Shown: positions 18,870 through 28,416 of the stretch, piece by piece | How the letters are laid out: each line of letters opens with the position of its first letter | How positions within the stretch are numbered: the first letter of the stretch is position 1 | Source of the DNA: an uncultured bacterium | GTDB lineage: Bacteria; Babelota; Babeliae; Babelales; Babelaceae | Reading direction: 5' to 3' | Assembly: GCA_963713855.1 (NCBI GenBank) | Contig: OY970209.1 | Span: 1,312,001 to 1,376,000, forward strand | Length of the DNA: 64,000 nucleotides | Made by a program: the position numbers and the translations under genes | The notes under the pieces: model-generated | Database searches by the model: none | Seen by the model: the letters and a program-made list of their open reading frames with translations, nothing else | Told to the model about the DNA's origin: nothing

Positions 18870-19907
18870 ATGTGCATGGCAGATCTTCGACAAGAACTTA
18901 TACGTCTTAAAAGTGCTTTTACCAAAACACTTCAAGATGCTCAAAATGGGATTGAGCTTGAAAATGTGCGTGTTAAGTATCTTGGAAGACAAGGCGAACT
19001 CGCTGAACTTATAAGTACTTTAAAAGAGTTATCCGCCGAGGAAAAACGTGTCATTGGGCCAGAGCTTAATGCGCTTAAGACAGAATTACATGCTGCTTTT
19101 GAAGCTAAAAAGGAATCTTTTATTGAGACTGAGCGAAAACGCGCCGAGGCTCAAAAAGCACACTTTGACGTGACTGCGTATATTCAGCGACCTATCGGTT
19201 CACTACATCCTTATACGCACATTACGCGACTTATAGAAGACATTTTTATTTCGATGGGGTTTTCCATTGTTGAAGGGCCTGAAGTTGAAACACCTTTTTA
19301 CAACTTCGAAGCACTTAATATTCCAGCCGATCATCCAGCTCGCGAAGAACATGATACATTCTGGCTGAAGATCCCTGGATACCTTATGCGTACACATACT
19401 TCCTCAGTTCAGATTCATACAATGCAAGAACGAAAGCCGCCCTTTGCCCTTTGTGCACCGGGACGGGCCTATCGGCACGAGGCTACCGATGCAACTCATG
19501 ATTTTGCCTTCACACAACTTGAAGGGCTCGTTGTAGATAAGAACCTTTCTGTTGCAAACCTTTTAGGAACGCTCAAAGTATTCTTACAAGCTCTTTTTAA
19601 TAGCCAAAAGGTAGATATACGTGTTCGCCCAAGCTACTTTCCATTTGTAGAGCCTGGATTGGAGGTCGATGTCAGCTGCCCATTCTGTACTAGTGGCTGC
19701 TCAGTGTGTAAAAAAACATGCTGGATTGAACTAGGTGGTGCTGGTATGGTACACCCTGCCGTTCTACAAGCTTGCAATATAGACCCAGAACAGTGGAGCG
19801 GATTTGCGTGGGGCATGGGCATAGAGCGCTTTGCAATGCTCATCTATCGCATACCAGATATACGGCTCTTTAAAACTCCAAAGCTTGATTTTTTAAAGCA
19901 GTTTTGA
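18870..19907 (+). CDS. pheS: Phenylalanine--tRNA ligase alpha subunit
   Basis: 'YNFEALNIPADHPAREEHDTF', 'MRTHTSSVQ', 'RPSYFPFVEP', 'GFAWGMGIER'. Confidence 0.98.
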   Translation: MCMADLRQELIRLKSAFTKTLQDAQNGIELENVRVKYLGRQGELAELISTLKELSAEEKRVIGPELNALKTELHAAFEAKKESFIETERKRAEAQKAHFDVTAYIQRPIGSLHPYTHITRLIEDIFISMGFSIVEGPEVETPFYNFEALNIPADHPAREEHDTFWLKIPGYLMRTHTSSVQIHTMQERKPPFALCAPGRAYRHEATDATHDFAFTQLEGLVVDKNLSVANLLGTLKVFLQALFNSQKVDIRVRPSYFPFVEPGLEVDVSCPFCTSGCSVCKKTCWIELGGAGMVHPAVLQACNIDPEQWSGFAWGMGIERFAMLIYRIPDIRLFKTPKLDFLKQF

Positions 19908-19909
19908 GG

Positions 19910-20530
19910 CTAAACTTTTACACAAAGTTGAGAACAACTGTTATTTCCGAGCTTCTGCTTATATTCCAAAAACCAATCCTTAAACTGTTTTAAGGCATGC
20001 ATTCTATAATTATACTTTTCAAAGTTGCCTTCATCGCGTAGCTGACTGTACGATTTTGTCTGCCCAAGAGGCACAAATATCGGATCAAAGGGAGCTATTT
20101 TGTAAAGCCTTTGAGTGTTTTTCGTATGAATAATGCTTCCAGGACAACTACTCTGAAATATTTGATGTTGATTATCTCCGTAAATAAATACGAGAGTCAG
20201 TTTAAACGTCGCACTTTCGTTATGATCAATAAGCCTAAAAATGCCTTGATAGCCTAGGCCATTAAATACGAACTTTGTGAGTGTTCCAGGAAACTCATTA
20301 TAGGCATCAAAATAAATCCCCGCATCCTCAGCCAAAACAGGTTTTTTTAAATAGTTCCATGCTTGTTTTGCCTTATAAAGCGCGATGGCTTTTTGGTCTA
20401 ATGTTTGAATCTCATCAAAATCAAGGTCCAACTTTTTAAGCTCGATAACAGGTAACCGTTTTTCAAAAAACTGGCTCGCTTCATCAAACTTCATTTGGTT
20501 GCTGGTTGCGTAGAAAATTTCAGTCATCAT
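19910..20530 (-). CDS. Non-canonical purine NTP pyrophosphatase (Ham1/RdgB/ITPase family)
   Basis: 'YATSNQMK', 'DEIQ', 'KAKQA', 'EDAGIYFDAYNEFPG', 'FDPIFVP'. Confidence 0.88.
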   Translation of the reverse strand: MMTEIFYATSNQMKFDEASQFFEKRLPVIELKKLDLDFDEIQTLDQKAIALYKAKQAWNYLKKPVLAEDAGIYFDAYNEFPGTLTKFVFNGLGYQGIFRLIDHNESATFKLTLVFIYGDNQHQIFQSSCPGSIIHTKNTQRLYKIAPFDPIFVPLGQTKSYSQLRDEGNFEKYNYRMHALKQFKDWFLEYKQKLGNNSCSQLCVKV

Positions 20531-20565
20531 GGTATTCTTGTAAAAAAGTAATGTTAATCAAGCTT

Positions 20566-22839
20566 TTAAGCAGGCATTGTAAGCTCTTGAGCTTCGAGGG
20601 ATGGTCTGAGACGTGCCATTTTTTGCCTATACCGGCAATAAGTGAATAACGAAAAACCAGCTAATGCAGCTATTGTCGCTATAAATGCAGCTCCGGTTCC
20701 CAGCGTAGTTCCCAAAATAATGGCTAAATTATCATCTGATCCACTGCCCGACCCGTCACCACTGCTGCTACCACCACTAAAAAGAGGCACAACCGAGACA
20801 TCATTAGAAACACTATTTGCAGTAGCTATATAGGTTCCGTTCGGTGAAAAAGCAAGTGCTTGGCAATTACTTGAGTTAGCAGGTAAAAGATAAAAAGCAT
20901 TTTGGCTCAAGGTGTTCCCCGTAACATTAAAAAGAGTCACGCTGTTTAAAATGCTATTGGCCGTAGCAATGAACTCAGAATTTGGTGAGATGTCGATAGA
21001 AACTTCGTACGCTGTTCCTTGGTATGATTGGCCACTACTAAGAACCCCGCCCTGTACGACAAAAACGCTCACGTCACCTGAACCATGGTTTGCAGTTACT
21101 AGAAGCGATGCGCCGGAATTATCTGGTATGAAAGCGATTGATAAGGGCTTAGTTGAACCCGAAGGCAAGGGCTGAGAGATGCCATTACTGAGCGCTCCCG
21201 CCGAGAATGTAAAGATTGTTACACCGCTAGAGTTTGCATTTGCGATTGCTAAATAACTCCCGCCAGGCTCGAAAGCGAGGTCAACAGGTTCTAAAGATCC
21301 AGTTGGCAATGGGTAAGAAATAGGACTTTTTAAAGTTCCAGCTACCACATTAAAAAGTGTGATGTCACTTGAATTGCTATTGACGACCGCTAAATGCAAA
21401 TCGTCGGGGGAAAATGCTAATGCCACTGGTTTCCTAGAACCGGTTGGTAAAGCATATGATGTCCCTGTCATTAACTGTCCTGTTGCAATGGTAAATAATG
21501 TAACGTCATGGGAATTGCTATTAGCTGTTACAAGGAATGAAGAATTAGAAGAAAAGGTTATACCAGTAGGCTGCAATGATCCTGTTGGTAAGGCGTAAGA
21601 AATGCCTTGATTGAGCGTGGCCTGTGTTCCTCCGGCAGCAATGCTAAAGAGCGTGACATCATTTGAGTTATAATTTGCAGTTGCCAGAATCCGTCCGTCA
21701 GGAGAAAAGGTGATTGCTTCAGGCTCGCTTGATCCTAGCGGTAATGGGTATGAGGCTCCTGTTTTAACACCACAATTCTGGGTGATAAACGTAGTCACAC
21801 CACTTGCATCTTTATCCGCTGTGGCCACTATGTTGCCAGCTGGCGAAAATGCTATTGATCTAGGTCCGGTAGGGCCAGGTGGTAACGGATAAGACACCCC
21901 TCCAGCCAATTTACCTCCAGCCTGCACTTGGAAGAGCGTGACATCGTTTGATACGTTGTTAGCACTTACTAAAAGGTCGCCGGTTGGCGAAAAAGCTATG
22001 GATGTTGCGAATGTAGAACCTACTGGTAAAGGGTATGATGTACCGTTAGTAAGGTTACCCGTTGGCCCGACGGAAAATATGGTAATGTCGCTGGATTGAC
22101 TATTAGCGGTAGCTAGATACGATCCTGTTGGGGAGAATGCTATTGAGTAAGGGTAAGTCGAACCAGTAGGCAACGAATATGATGTTGCGTTGACTAAAGC
22201 ACCGGCCTTGAGAGTAAAAACCGTGACATTGTTTGAAGACGCATTAGCGGTCGCCACATACGTTTCTGAGGGCGAAAACGCAAGTGCTGTTGGGGTAGTT
22301 GAGCCAGCGGGCAGAGCATATGACGTAGCTGCACTTAAAGCGCCGCCAGCCCCGACCGTAAAGAGAGTAACATCGGCAGAGCCACCATTGGCCGTTGCAA
22401 CATAAGCTCCTGAGGGAGAATAAGCTAAATAATAAGGCAAGGTCGAACCTGTGGGCAAGGAATAAGATGTAGGATTGAGAAGGTGCCCTGATTGCACCGC
22501 AAAGACAGTAACATCATTTGAACCGTAATTGGCGGTGGTAAAAAATGAACCGGAGGGCGAAAAAGCTCCTGAAATTGGTGACGTCGACCCGGCGGGTAAA
22601 TCATACAAGCTTGATATCGGTAAACTTCCTTCAGCTCCAACCGTAAATAATGATACGTTGTTCGAACCGTAGTTAGCGATTCCTAAATACGCTCCCGTTG
22701 GAGAAAATGCTGCCGAGTAGGGTTGTAGTTGACCAGCGGAAATGGAATATGCCTCTTTTAAGGAACATACAGCGCAAGCCCTAGGGCTGAAGATAAGAGA
22801 TATAAGCATGCTAAGAAAGATAAGTGTCTTCTTCATCAC
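20566..22839 (-). CDS. Membrane-anchored beta-propeller repeat protein (14 repeats; paralog of 9036..12353)
   Basis: 14 counted ~47-aa repeats of the same consensus; signal peptide; Gly/Ser linker, 'LAIILGTTLG' TM, YCRYR tail. Confidence 0.85.
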   Translation of the reverse strand: MMKKTLIFLSMLISLIFSPRACAVCSLKEAYSISAGQLQPYSAAFSPTGAYLGIANYGSNNVSLFTVGAEGSLPISSLYDLPAGSTSPISGAFSPSGSFFTTANYGSNDVTVFAVQSGHLLNPTSYSLPTGSTLPYYLAYSPSGAYVATANGGSADVTLFTVGAGGALSAATSYALPAGSTTPTALAFSPSETYVATANASSNNVTVFTLKAGALVNATSYSLPTGSTYPYSIAFSPTGSYLATANSQSSDITIFSVGPTGNLTNGTSYPLPVGSTFATSIAFSPTGDLLVSANNVSNDVTLFQVQAGGKLAGGVSYPLPPGPTGPRSIAFSPAGNIVATADKDASGVTTFITQNCGVKTGASYPLPLGSSEPEAITFSPDGRILATANYNSNDVTLFSIAAGGTQATLNQGISYALPTGSLQPTGITFSSNSSFLVTANSNSHDVTLFTIATGQLMTGTSYALPTGSRKPVALAFSPDDLHLAVVNSNSSDITLFNVVAGTLKSPISYPLPTGSLEPVDLAFEPGGSYLAIANANSSGVTIFTFSAGALSNGISQPLPSGSTKPLSIAFIPDNSGASLLVTANHGSGDVSVFVVQGGVLSSGQSYQGTAYEVSIDISPNSEFIATANSILNSVTLFNVTGNTLSQNAFYLLPANSSNCQALAFSPNGTYIATANSVSNDVSVVPLFSGGSSSGDGSGSGSDDNLAIILGTTLGTGAAFIATIAALAGFSLFTYCRYRQKMARLRPSLEAQELTMPA

Positions 22840-23061
22840 ATTGTCCCCTTATGTCTTCAAGGTTTTTGTGCTACGCATCAAGTTCTTGGCATCAAGCATA
22901 TACGAAGAAAAGACGATGACAAGATGTCATTGAGCTTATACTTCAGTTAATTTCAAAGATGCTAGCAACCGCTTTAAGCCAGCCAGATAACATGCCTCCT
23001 AAACAACTTGCATGCTTTTATTATGATGATAGCCTAAGAACATGACCCATTTTACATAAGG

Positions 23062-23457
23062 ATGCACAGCATGTTTAAATCCATAACCCATTTTACGCTC
23101 TTTGTTACTGATCAAAATAAAGCCCTCGCATTCTATAAAGACACCTTAGGCTTTAAACTCCACACTGATGAGAAATTTGGCAACATGCGTTGGCTTACTT
23201 TAAATTTACCTGGTCAAAAGGACCTTGAGCTCGTTCTCATGCTTGCAGAGACACCTGAAGAAAAGGCACTCGTAGGAAAACAAGCTGCATCTAAGCCTTT
23301 CTTTAATATAGATACAGATAACTGCCAAAAAGATTATGATGCACTCGTCAAAAAAGGGGTAACTTTTCTTGAAAAACCTGAAAAACATCCGTGGGGAATA
23401 GGTACGTCTTTTAAAGATCTTTATGGCAATGTTATCTATATGTGCCAAACCGCATAA
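23062..23457 (+). CDS. VOC/glyoxalase family protein
   Basis: 'ITHFTLFVTDQNKALAFYKDTLGF', 'PWG..SFKDLYGN'. Confidence 0.9.
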   Translation: MHSMFKSITHFTLFVTDQNKALAFYKDTLGFKLHTDEKFGNMRWLTLNLPGQKDLELVLMLAETPEEKALVGKQAASKPFFNIDTDNCQKDYDALVKKGVTFLEKPEKHPWGIGTSFKDLYGNVIYMCQTA

Positions 23458-23584
23458 TAAAAACAAGAACGCTGCTTAAGAGCACAAATGCATAAGGCTC
23501 TTTTTGCAGCGTAAGTAATAGATCTTATATCGGACCCCAAGAAGCTTGAGTGTTGTTACGTGACGGCTATTTTAAGAAGGTGTT

Positions 23585-23863
23585 CTAGGGATTTTGTGCT
23601 TCAGACGAAGACATGTTTTCAAGCCTTTCTAACAAGGTAAAAAGAACTGTGCGTTCCGCCTTTGTAAAAGCTCTCAGCAATTGCTCAACTTCGTCATAAT
23701 CTTGACCTTTTAAAGCGCTGACTAGCGTCTTCATTTTTACGCCAAATGCGACGGGATCATCCATAAGAACTAAACTGGCAAGCTCATCACTTCTAACAAT
23801 GCCCCGGCTGGAAAATGCGGACAAAGCCATAAAAAGAACTAATAGGCGACTTATTTTTACCAT
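23585..23863 (-). CDS. Hypothetical small secreted protein
   Basis: Signal peptide, AGGAG RBS, helical body. Confidence 0.6.
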   Translation of the reverse strand: MVKISRLLVLFMALSAFSSRGIVRSDELASLVLMDDPVAFGVKMKTLVSALKGQDYDEVEQLLRAFTKAERTVLFTLLERLENMSSSEAQNP

Positions 23864-24001
23864 AGCTGCTCCTGAAGTATAAAAATCTGAAGTATCATAA
23901 CTTCTGTCCTTCTAGTATTACTATATCATTATTAATTTCATAATGTAAAATATTTGTATTTAAAATATACCACTCAAAGTGGGCATCGCTTACGCTTGAG
24001 C

Positions 24002-25054
24002 TTATCGTTTTTTGACAATTTTTGTACGAGGAGCTTCTTTGATGACCTCTTTTGCTGTTTTATCATCGCGCAGACCCTTATAGCGTGGAACTCTTAATCG
24101 GCTATCTTTAGTCCATTGAGCAAAGTGAATTTCTGCAACAAGCTTCGGTTTAACCCAATGAACGCCTTTCTGTGTACCTTCATAGTTACTTACTGGCATT
24201 TTGGTAATTGTTAATGGACGTAATTTGGCATAAAGGGTTTTAAGGGTATCTACGGTATAGCCGCTTCCCACTTTGCCAGCGTAAAGCAGTTTCTCACCCT
24301 GATAGTAGCCTACAAGTAACGCTCCGAAGTTAATTCTAGAGCCTTGTGGATCGGTGTAACCTACGATGACAAATTCTTGATCCATCACACATTTAAATTT
24401 CAACCAATCCGGGGACCTGAATCCTTGATACGTGCTTTCAGCTCGTTTTGCTATAAGCCCTTCCCAGTGCAACCGACAGGCAGTTTTGAAAAAATGAAGT
24501 CCATTGGTAAAAGCATGTTCGCTATACTTAAGTACACCTTTAAAAGTAAAAAGCTTTTTTAAAACTTCCTTGCGCTCAAGAAGAGCAAAGTCGCGAATAT
24601 CATAACCATCAACGTACATGCAATCAAAGATCTGGTAATAGATAGGAACGTTTTTTTCTTCGCGCGCTATTGCCGCGCTTTTTGAAAGGTTTATTCTACC
24701 TTGGAGCAATTGAAAATCGGATAGACCACTTTTATCAAGCGCAACGATTTCACCATCAATAATAAAATCGTCAGCTTTTTCCTGAGTCAACGCTTTTACG
24801 AGCTCTGGATACTTATCATTTATATTTTTATCAGCTCGTGTTTTAAGGCTAACCTTACCGTTCTTTTTAAAAGCAAGGCAACGCTCACCATCAAACTTGT
24901 GCTCATACACCCAGTCCTTACTGGAAAAATAATCCTCTGTTAACGTAGCGAGCATCGGACTTATAAATGCCGGCTGGGCTATTTTTTTGCGCTTTAGTAA
25001 GACATCTTTCGGCAATCCTGCAAATATATCCGCATTAGCCATTACTATCCCCAT
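24002..25054 (-). CDS. ligD: ATP-dependent DNA ligase, LigD-type ligase domain only
   Basis: 'PMLATL', 'YEHKFDGER' (KxDG), 'IDGEIV', 'EGLIAKR', 'WLKFKC', 'GKVGSG', 'LRVPRYKGLRDDK'. Confidence 0.88.
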   Translation of the reverse strand: MGIVMANADIFAGLPKDVLLKRKKIAQPAFISPMLATLTEDYFSSKDWVYEHKFDGERCLAFKKNGKVSLKTRADKNINDKYPELVKALTQEKADDFIIDGEIVALDKSGLSDFQLLQGRINLSKSAAIAREEKNVPIYYQIFDCMYVDGYDIRDFALLERKEVLKKLFTFKGVLKYSEHAFTNGLHFFKTACRLHWEGLIAKRAESTYQGFRSPDWLKFKCVMDQEFVIVGYTDPQGSRINFGALLVGYYQGEKLLYAGKVGSGYTVDTLKTLYAKLRPLTITKMPVSNYEGTQKGVHWVKPKLVAEIHFAQWTKDSRLRVPRYKGLRDDKTAKEVIKEAPRTKIVKKR

Positions 25055-25160
25055 AATTTACCTATTTCTTGAGAATTAACCTGACGCTATACTAAACCTA
25101 TAGCATGGTATACGAAAACCAAGCAACAGATCGCTGCATCTTGCCACTAACACACGAGTA

Positions 25161-26087
25161 ATGTTGATGAGTATCAGAGTAAAAGATCTACGTTTTTCGG
25201 CGTTTATCCTCTGGCATTTTCTTACGACGCCAAATATTACGCAGGGCATATCTATCGTCTATAACTTGCGAATAGCTGAAACAACAAAACATCACGAGCT
25301 TGAACATGACGCTATGCATTCGTCTTTAGTAGGTATCACCCCATTTGATCAGTTTCGCAGAAAATACGATGGCACTCGCGAGTCCGCGATAGGGGCTCTT
25401 GCAACAGCGCTTTACTATACTAAAAAGTTCTATGTGCGAATCGATGGCGCAGGTGCATATGTAAGCGAGCAAAAAAACGATGTTCATTTTCAAAAAACGC
25501 AAAGCGACGATATTCTTTTTTCAGGTGGGTACACAAAACGGTTGGGTGAACGCGCTATCATAACGCTCTCTGGCCTTTTTGGCGTACCTACTCACAAAGA
25601 CACTAGTTTACTTAATGTTCAATTCGGACTTGCACATATAGGACTTGGTGCACAGTTAGATGGTGACTTTAAATACTCGCAAAATGAAAAACACAGCGTT
25701 CAAACGGCCCTTCGCCTTATTCATTTTTTTGAGCGAAAGACACCTTGCACGGTCAATGAAAGTCAGGAAAATGTGCGTTTTAAAACAGGAAACCTTGTAG
25801 ACCTCTTTATCGCTCATCATACAACCATGGATCAACAAAGATTTGAATGTGGATATAACCTAACAATGCTTTTCGACACAAAGGTGCACCCGCACGTTGC
25901 TGATATAGTAGACAAGACTGAGTTTATTCGAAGTAGCTTTTACGGTACTTACAAATATAAATTTTCATTACTCGACTTTACCAATACCTTTCTGCTTGGT
26001 GTGTCTTATGGCTTTGACCACAAACCCAAAAAAAATGGGGAAAAACGCATCGTTACACTGTGGGCAACCTGGAACGTTCATTTTTAA
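25161..26087 (+). CDS. Putative outer-membrane beta-barrel protein
   Basis: Alternating beta-strands, 'DDILFSGGY', 'GLFGVPT', C-terminal 'WATWNVHF'. Confidence 0.6.
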   Translation: MLMSIRVKDLRFSAFILWHFLTTPNITQGISIVYNLRIAETTKHHELEHDAMHSSLVGITPFDQFRRKYDGTRESAIGALATALYYTKKFYVRIDGAGAYVSEQKNDVHFQKTQSDDILFSGGYTKRLGERAIITLSGLFGVPTHKDTSLLNVQFGLAHIGLGAQLDGDFKYSQNEKHSVQTALRLIHFFERKTPCTVNESQENVRFKTGNLVDLFIAHHTTMDQQRFECGYNLTMLFDTKVHPHVADIVDKTEFIRSSFYGTYKYKFSLLDFTNTFLLGVSYGFDHKPKKNGEKRIVTLWATWNVHF

Positions 26088-26170
26088 AACCCTCGCTCTG
26101 CAGCCCATTGACACGTTCCCCCTGGATGATGGATGATAAGCCCGTACACGTAAATAAGAAAGGTATGTAT

Positions 26171-27265
26171 ATGAATGTGAAAGTTAAAATAGTAAGTGGT
26201 ATCCTTTTATTGTCATTTTGCTTACAAATGAATGCAGATGGCTGCCATCATCATAAAAAACGGAAAAAGCAAATCGTTAACGGTCAAGGCTCTACACTTG
26301 CCCAGCCTTTGTATGATGCCATAATCCCAGCATTTGCTAAAAAATTTCCCCGTGCACTTCAGGTAACGTACAACACAAACCCGAATCAAACCGGCTCCTC
26401 GAAAGGTCTTACACAGCTTTTACAGCATAAAGTGGTCTTTGCAGGAAGCGATGTTCCACCGACCAATGCTCAAGAAAAAAGCGCCACTGGTACGCTGTTG
26501 ACCTTTCCAACCGCTGTTGCTGGAGTTTCTATCGCCTATAATCTTCCGGGAAATCCTAACGTAACATTCTCAGCTCAAGTACTTGCGAATATTTTTAGAG
26601 GCAAAATAACAAATTGGAAACAGGTTAGCCCCGCGCTTCCTAACTTGCTTATTACCCCAGTGGCACGCTCGGATGGAAGCGGTTCTACAAACGATTTTAC
26701 CACCTTTCTCTCCAGAGCAAGCTCAAACTGGCCAACTTCATTAACGGGCAATGGGCCATTCATTTTTGGAAATCCTCAGCAAGTCAGTGTGAGCGGAAGC
26801 ACCGGTGTTGCTAATGCAGTAAAGAGCAAAGTAGGATCTATCGGATATGTTGGGTTTGACATTGCCAGCCAAAACGGCCTTAAATCGGGACTCGTAATCA
26901 ATGCTTCTAAAAAAGCAATAGCGCCAAGTATTGGCTCAATAACGGCTGCAGCCAACATTAGTAACATCCCTTCTGATTTAAGATTAGATACAATTAACTC
27001 GCCAAATTCTTCAGCGTATCCTATAGCAAGCCCAACCAATATCGTAGTATTTAAAAAGCAGCCTTCACAAGCTATTGCAAGAACGTTGCGAGAATTTCTT
27101 GACTTCATTTTAAGCTCTCAAGGCACAAAAATAGTGATTAAATCATTTTTAGGGCCACTCCCTTCATCTATCGTCAAACTCTACAAAAAGCAGGACGAGA
27201 AAATACATGCAAAGTTTGTGAATCCATGCAAAAGACCGGATAGAGGATGCGGATGCTCGCACTAG
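26171..27265 (+). CDS. pstS: Phosphate ABC transporter substrate-binding protein PstS
   Basis: 'GQGSTLAQPLY', 'TGSSKG', 'FAGSD', 'IFRGKITNW', 'RSDGSGST..FT', 'YPI'; start chosen after the AAAGG RBS (the track starts at 26060). Confidence 0.9.
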   Translation: MNVKVKIVSGILLLSFCLQMNADGCHHHKKRKKQIVNGQGSTLAQPLYDAIIPAFAKKFPRALQVTYNTNPNQTGSSKGLTQLLQHKVVFAGSDVPPTNAQEKSATGTLLTFPTAVAGVSIAYNLPGNPNVTFSAQVLANIFRGKITNWKQVSPALPNLLITPVARSDGSGSTNDFTTFLSRASSNWPTSLTGNGPFIFGNPQQVSVSGSTGVANAVKSKVGSIGYVGFDIASQNGLKSGLVINASKKAIAPSIGSITAAANISNIPSDLRLDTINSPNSSAYPIASPTNIVVFKKQPSQAIARTLREFLDFILSSQGTKIVIKSFLGPLPSSIVKLYKKQDEKIHAKFVNPCKRPDRGCGCSH

Positions 27266-27404
27266 CTTAAAATCAACGCCGGATATAGCAAAAGTGCACT
27301 GTCAGTGACCCTTGTTTTGGGATTTCTGATCTTCGCCTAAATTTGCAGTTTTAACATATTTAACCTAAACTGAAATAAAAAATACCCAGATTCGATCAGA
27401 AAAT

Positions 27405-28331
27405 ATGATTAAAAAACAAATTGGGGGTCCCTCTGTGAAAACTCTGGCTATACCATCATGGATTATCATACTTTTGACGTGCTCGAGCGGGTTTGTAGAT
27501 GCAATCCCAGCAAATGCACGTTTTCGATCCCCCTATCATTCATTGATTTTCCTTCAACGCTTTGTTAACCGTGGCATAAACAGAAAGCGGTTGGGGAATA
27601 ACGTTAATCTGGGCCAATTTTTGATAATGCGTTGTGCGCTAGAAGATTTTATATGGCAATTAAAAAGCCCAAGCTATCAAATAAGCGGCGTATCACAAAA
27701 AATACTCAGTAATTTTGGACTCGTCGACCAAGAAGGGAAAATCAAACCATCTTTGAGACAAAAATTATACGATATACAAAATCCTTCGGCCGAAGCCGTA
27801 AAGCTGGCTCTAAAGGCAAATAATCCTTATGACTACGAACTTTTTAAAACGGTTCTTGATATTTACTACAGCATTATAAGCAATAAAGGAAAACCTATCC
27901 CCGTCCCTGTTTTTTGGTCAGGTCAAACAGCACAGGGCATCTTTCTCAGATTTTACGATGGGCTTCCCCGCTCACTACAAACCCCCTGGGGCATGCTAAA
28001 CTTGGATAGCAATGAACCTGAATGGAAAGAGTTTTTGCAAATATCTGATAGTGCAAAAGACATACCATTTTCAATTGCAGTAAAACCTCTCCTTCATAAA
28101 CTTGCGTTATCTTTCTGCGGCTATGAACTATGGAATAATCCGATATATAAGATTACGCAATTTGATGGTCAACTTCTTCCAAAGGCTATCCGAGCCGATG
28201 AACATGAATCAACTTTAGAAGAAATTGAAAAAGCATGGGATTATTTAATCTCGCGCTACAATGGAGAAAATAGCTATTTTAATCGCCTAATAAAGTATTT
28301 CCGTCCTGATGCACCGAGGGTAAAACACTAG
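27405..28331 (+). CDS. Hypothetical protein, probably secreted
   Basis: 308-aa ORF with a hydrophobic N-terminal segment; no recognised domain. Confidence 0.65.
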   Translation: MIKKQIGGPSVKTLAIPSWIIILLTCSSGFVDAIPANARFRSPYHSLIFLQRFVNRGINRKRLGNNVNLGQFLIMRCALEDFIWQLKSPSYQISGVSQKILSNFGLVDQEGKIKPSLRQKLYDIQNPSAEAVKLALKANNPYDYELFKTVLDIYYSIISNKGKPIPVPVFWSGQTAQGIFLRFYDGLPRSLQTPWGMLNLDSNEPEWKEFLQISDSAKDIPFSIAVKPLLHKLALSFCGYELWNNPIYKITQFDGQLLPKAIRADEHESTLEEIEKAWDYLISRYNGENSYFNRLIKYFRPDAPRVKH

Positions 28332-28416
28332 ATCAACGTAAATTAGAGACACCCTTGTGAAAGGCTTGTTGAGAGTGCTAAGGTAAAGCCATAAAAACGC
28401 CAACTTTCCATGGAAT

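Noticed and set aside
9398..22640. Many short antisense or alternate-frame ORFs inside the propeller, ankyrin and pheS genes
   Set aside because: These are shadows of long coding genes, with no RBS or recognisable motifs.
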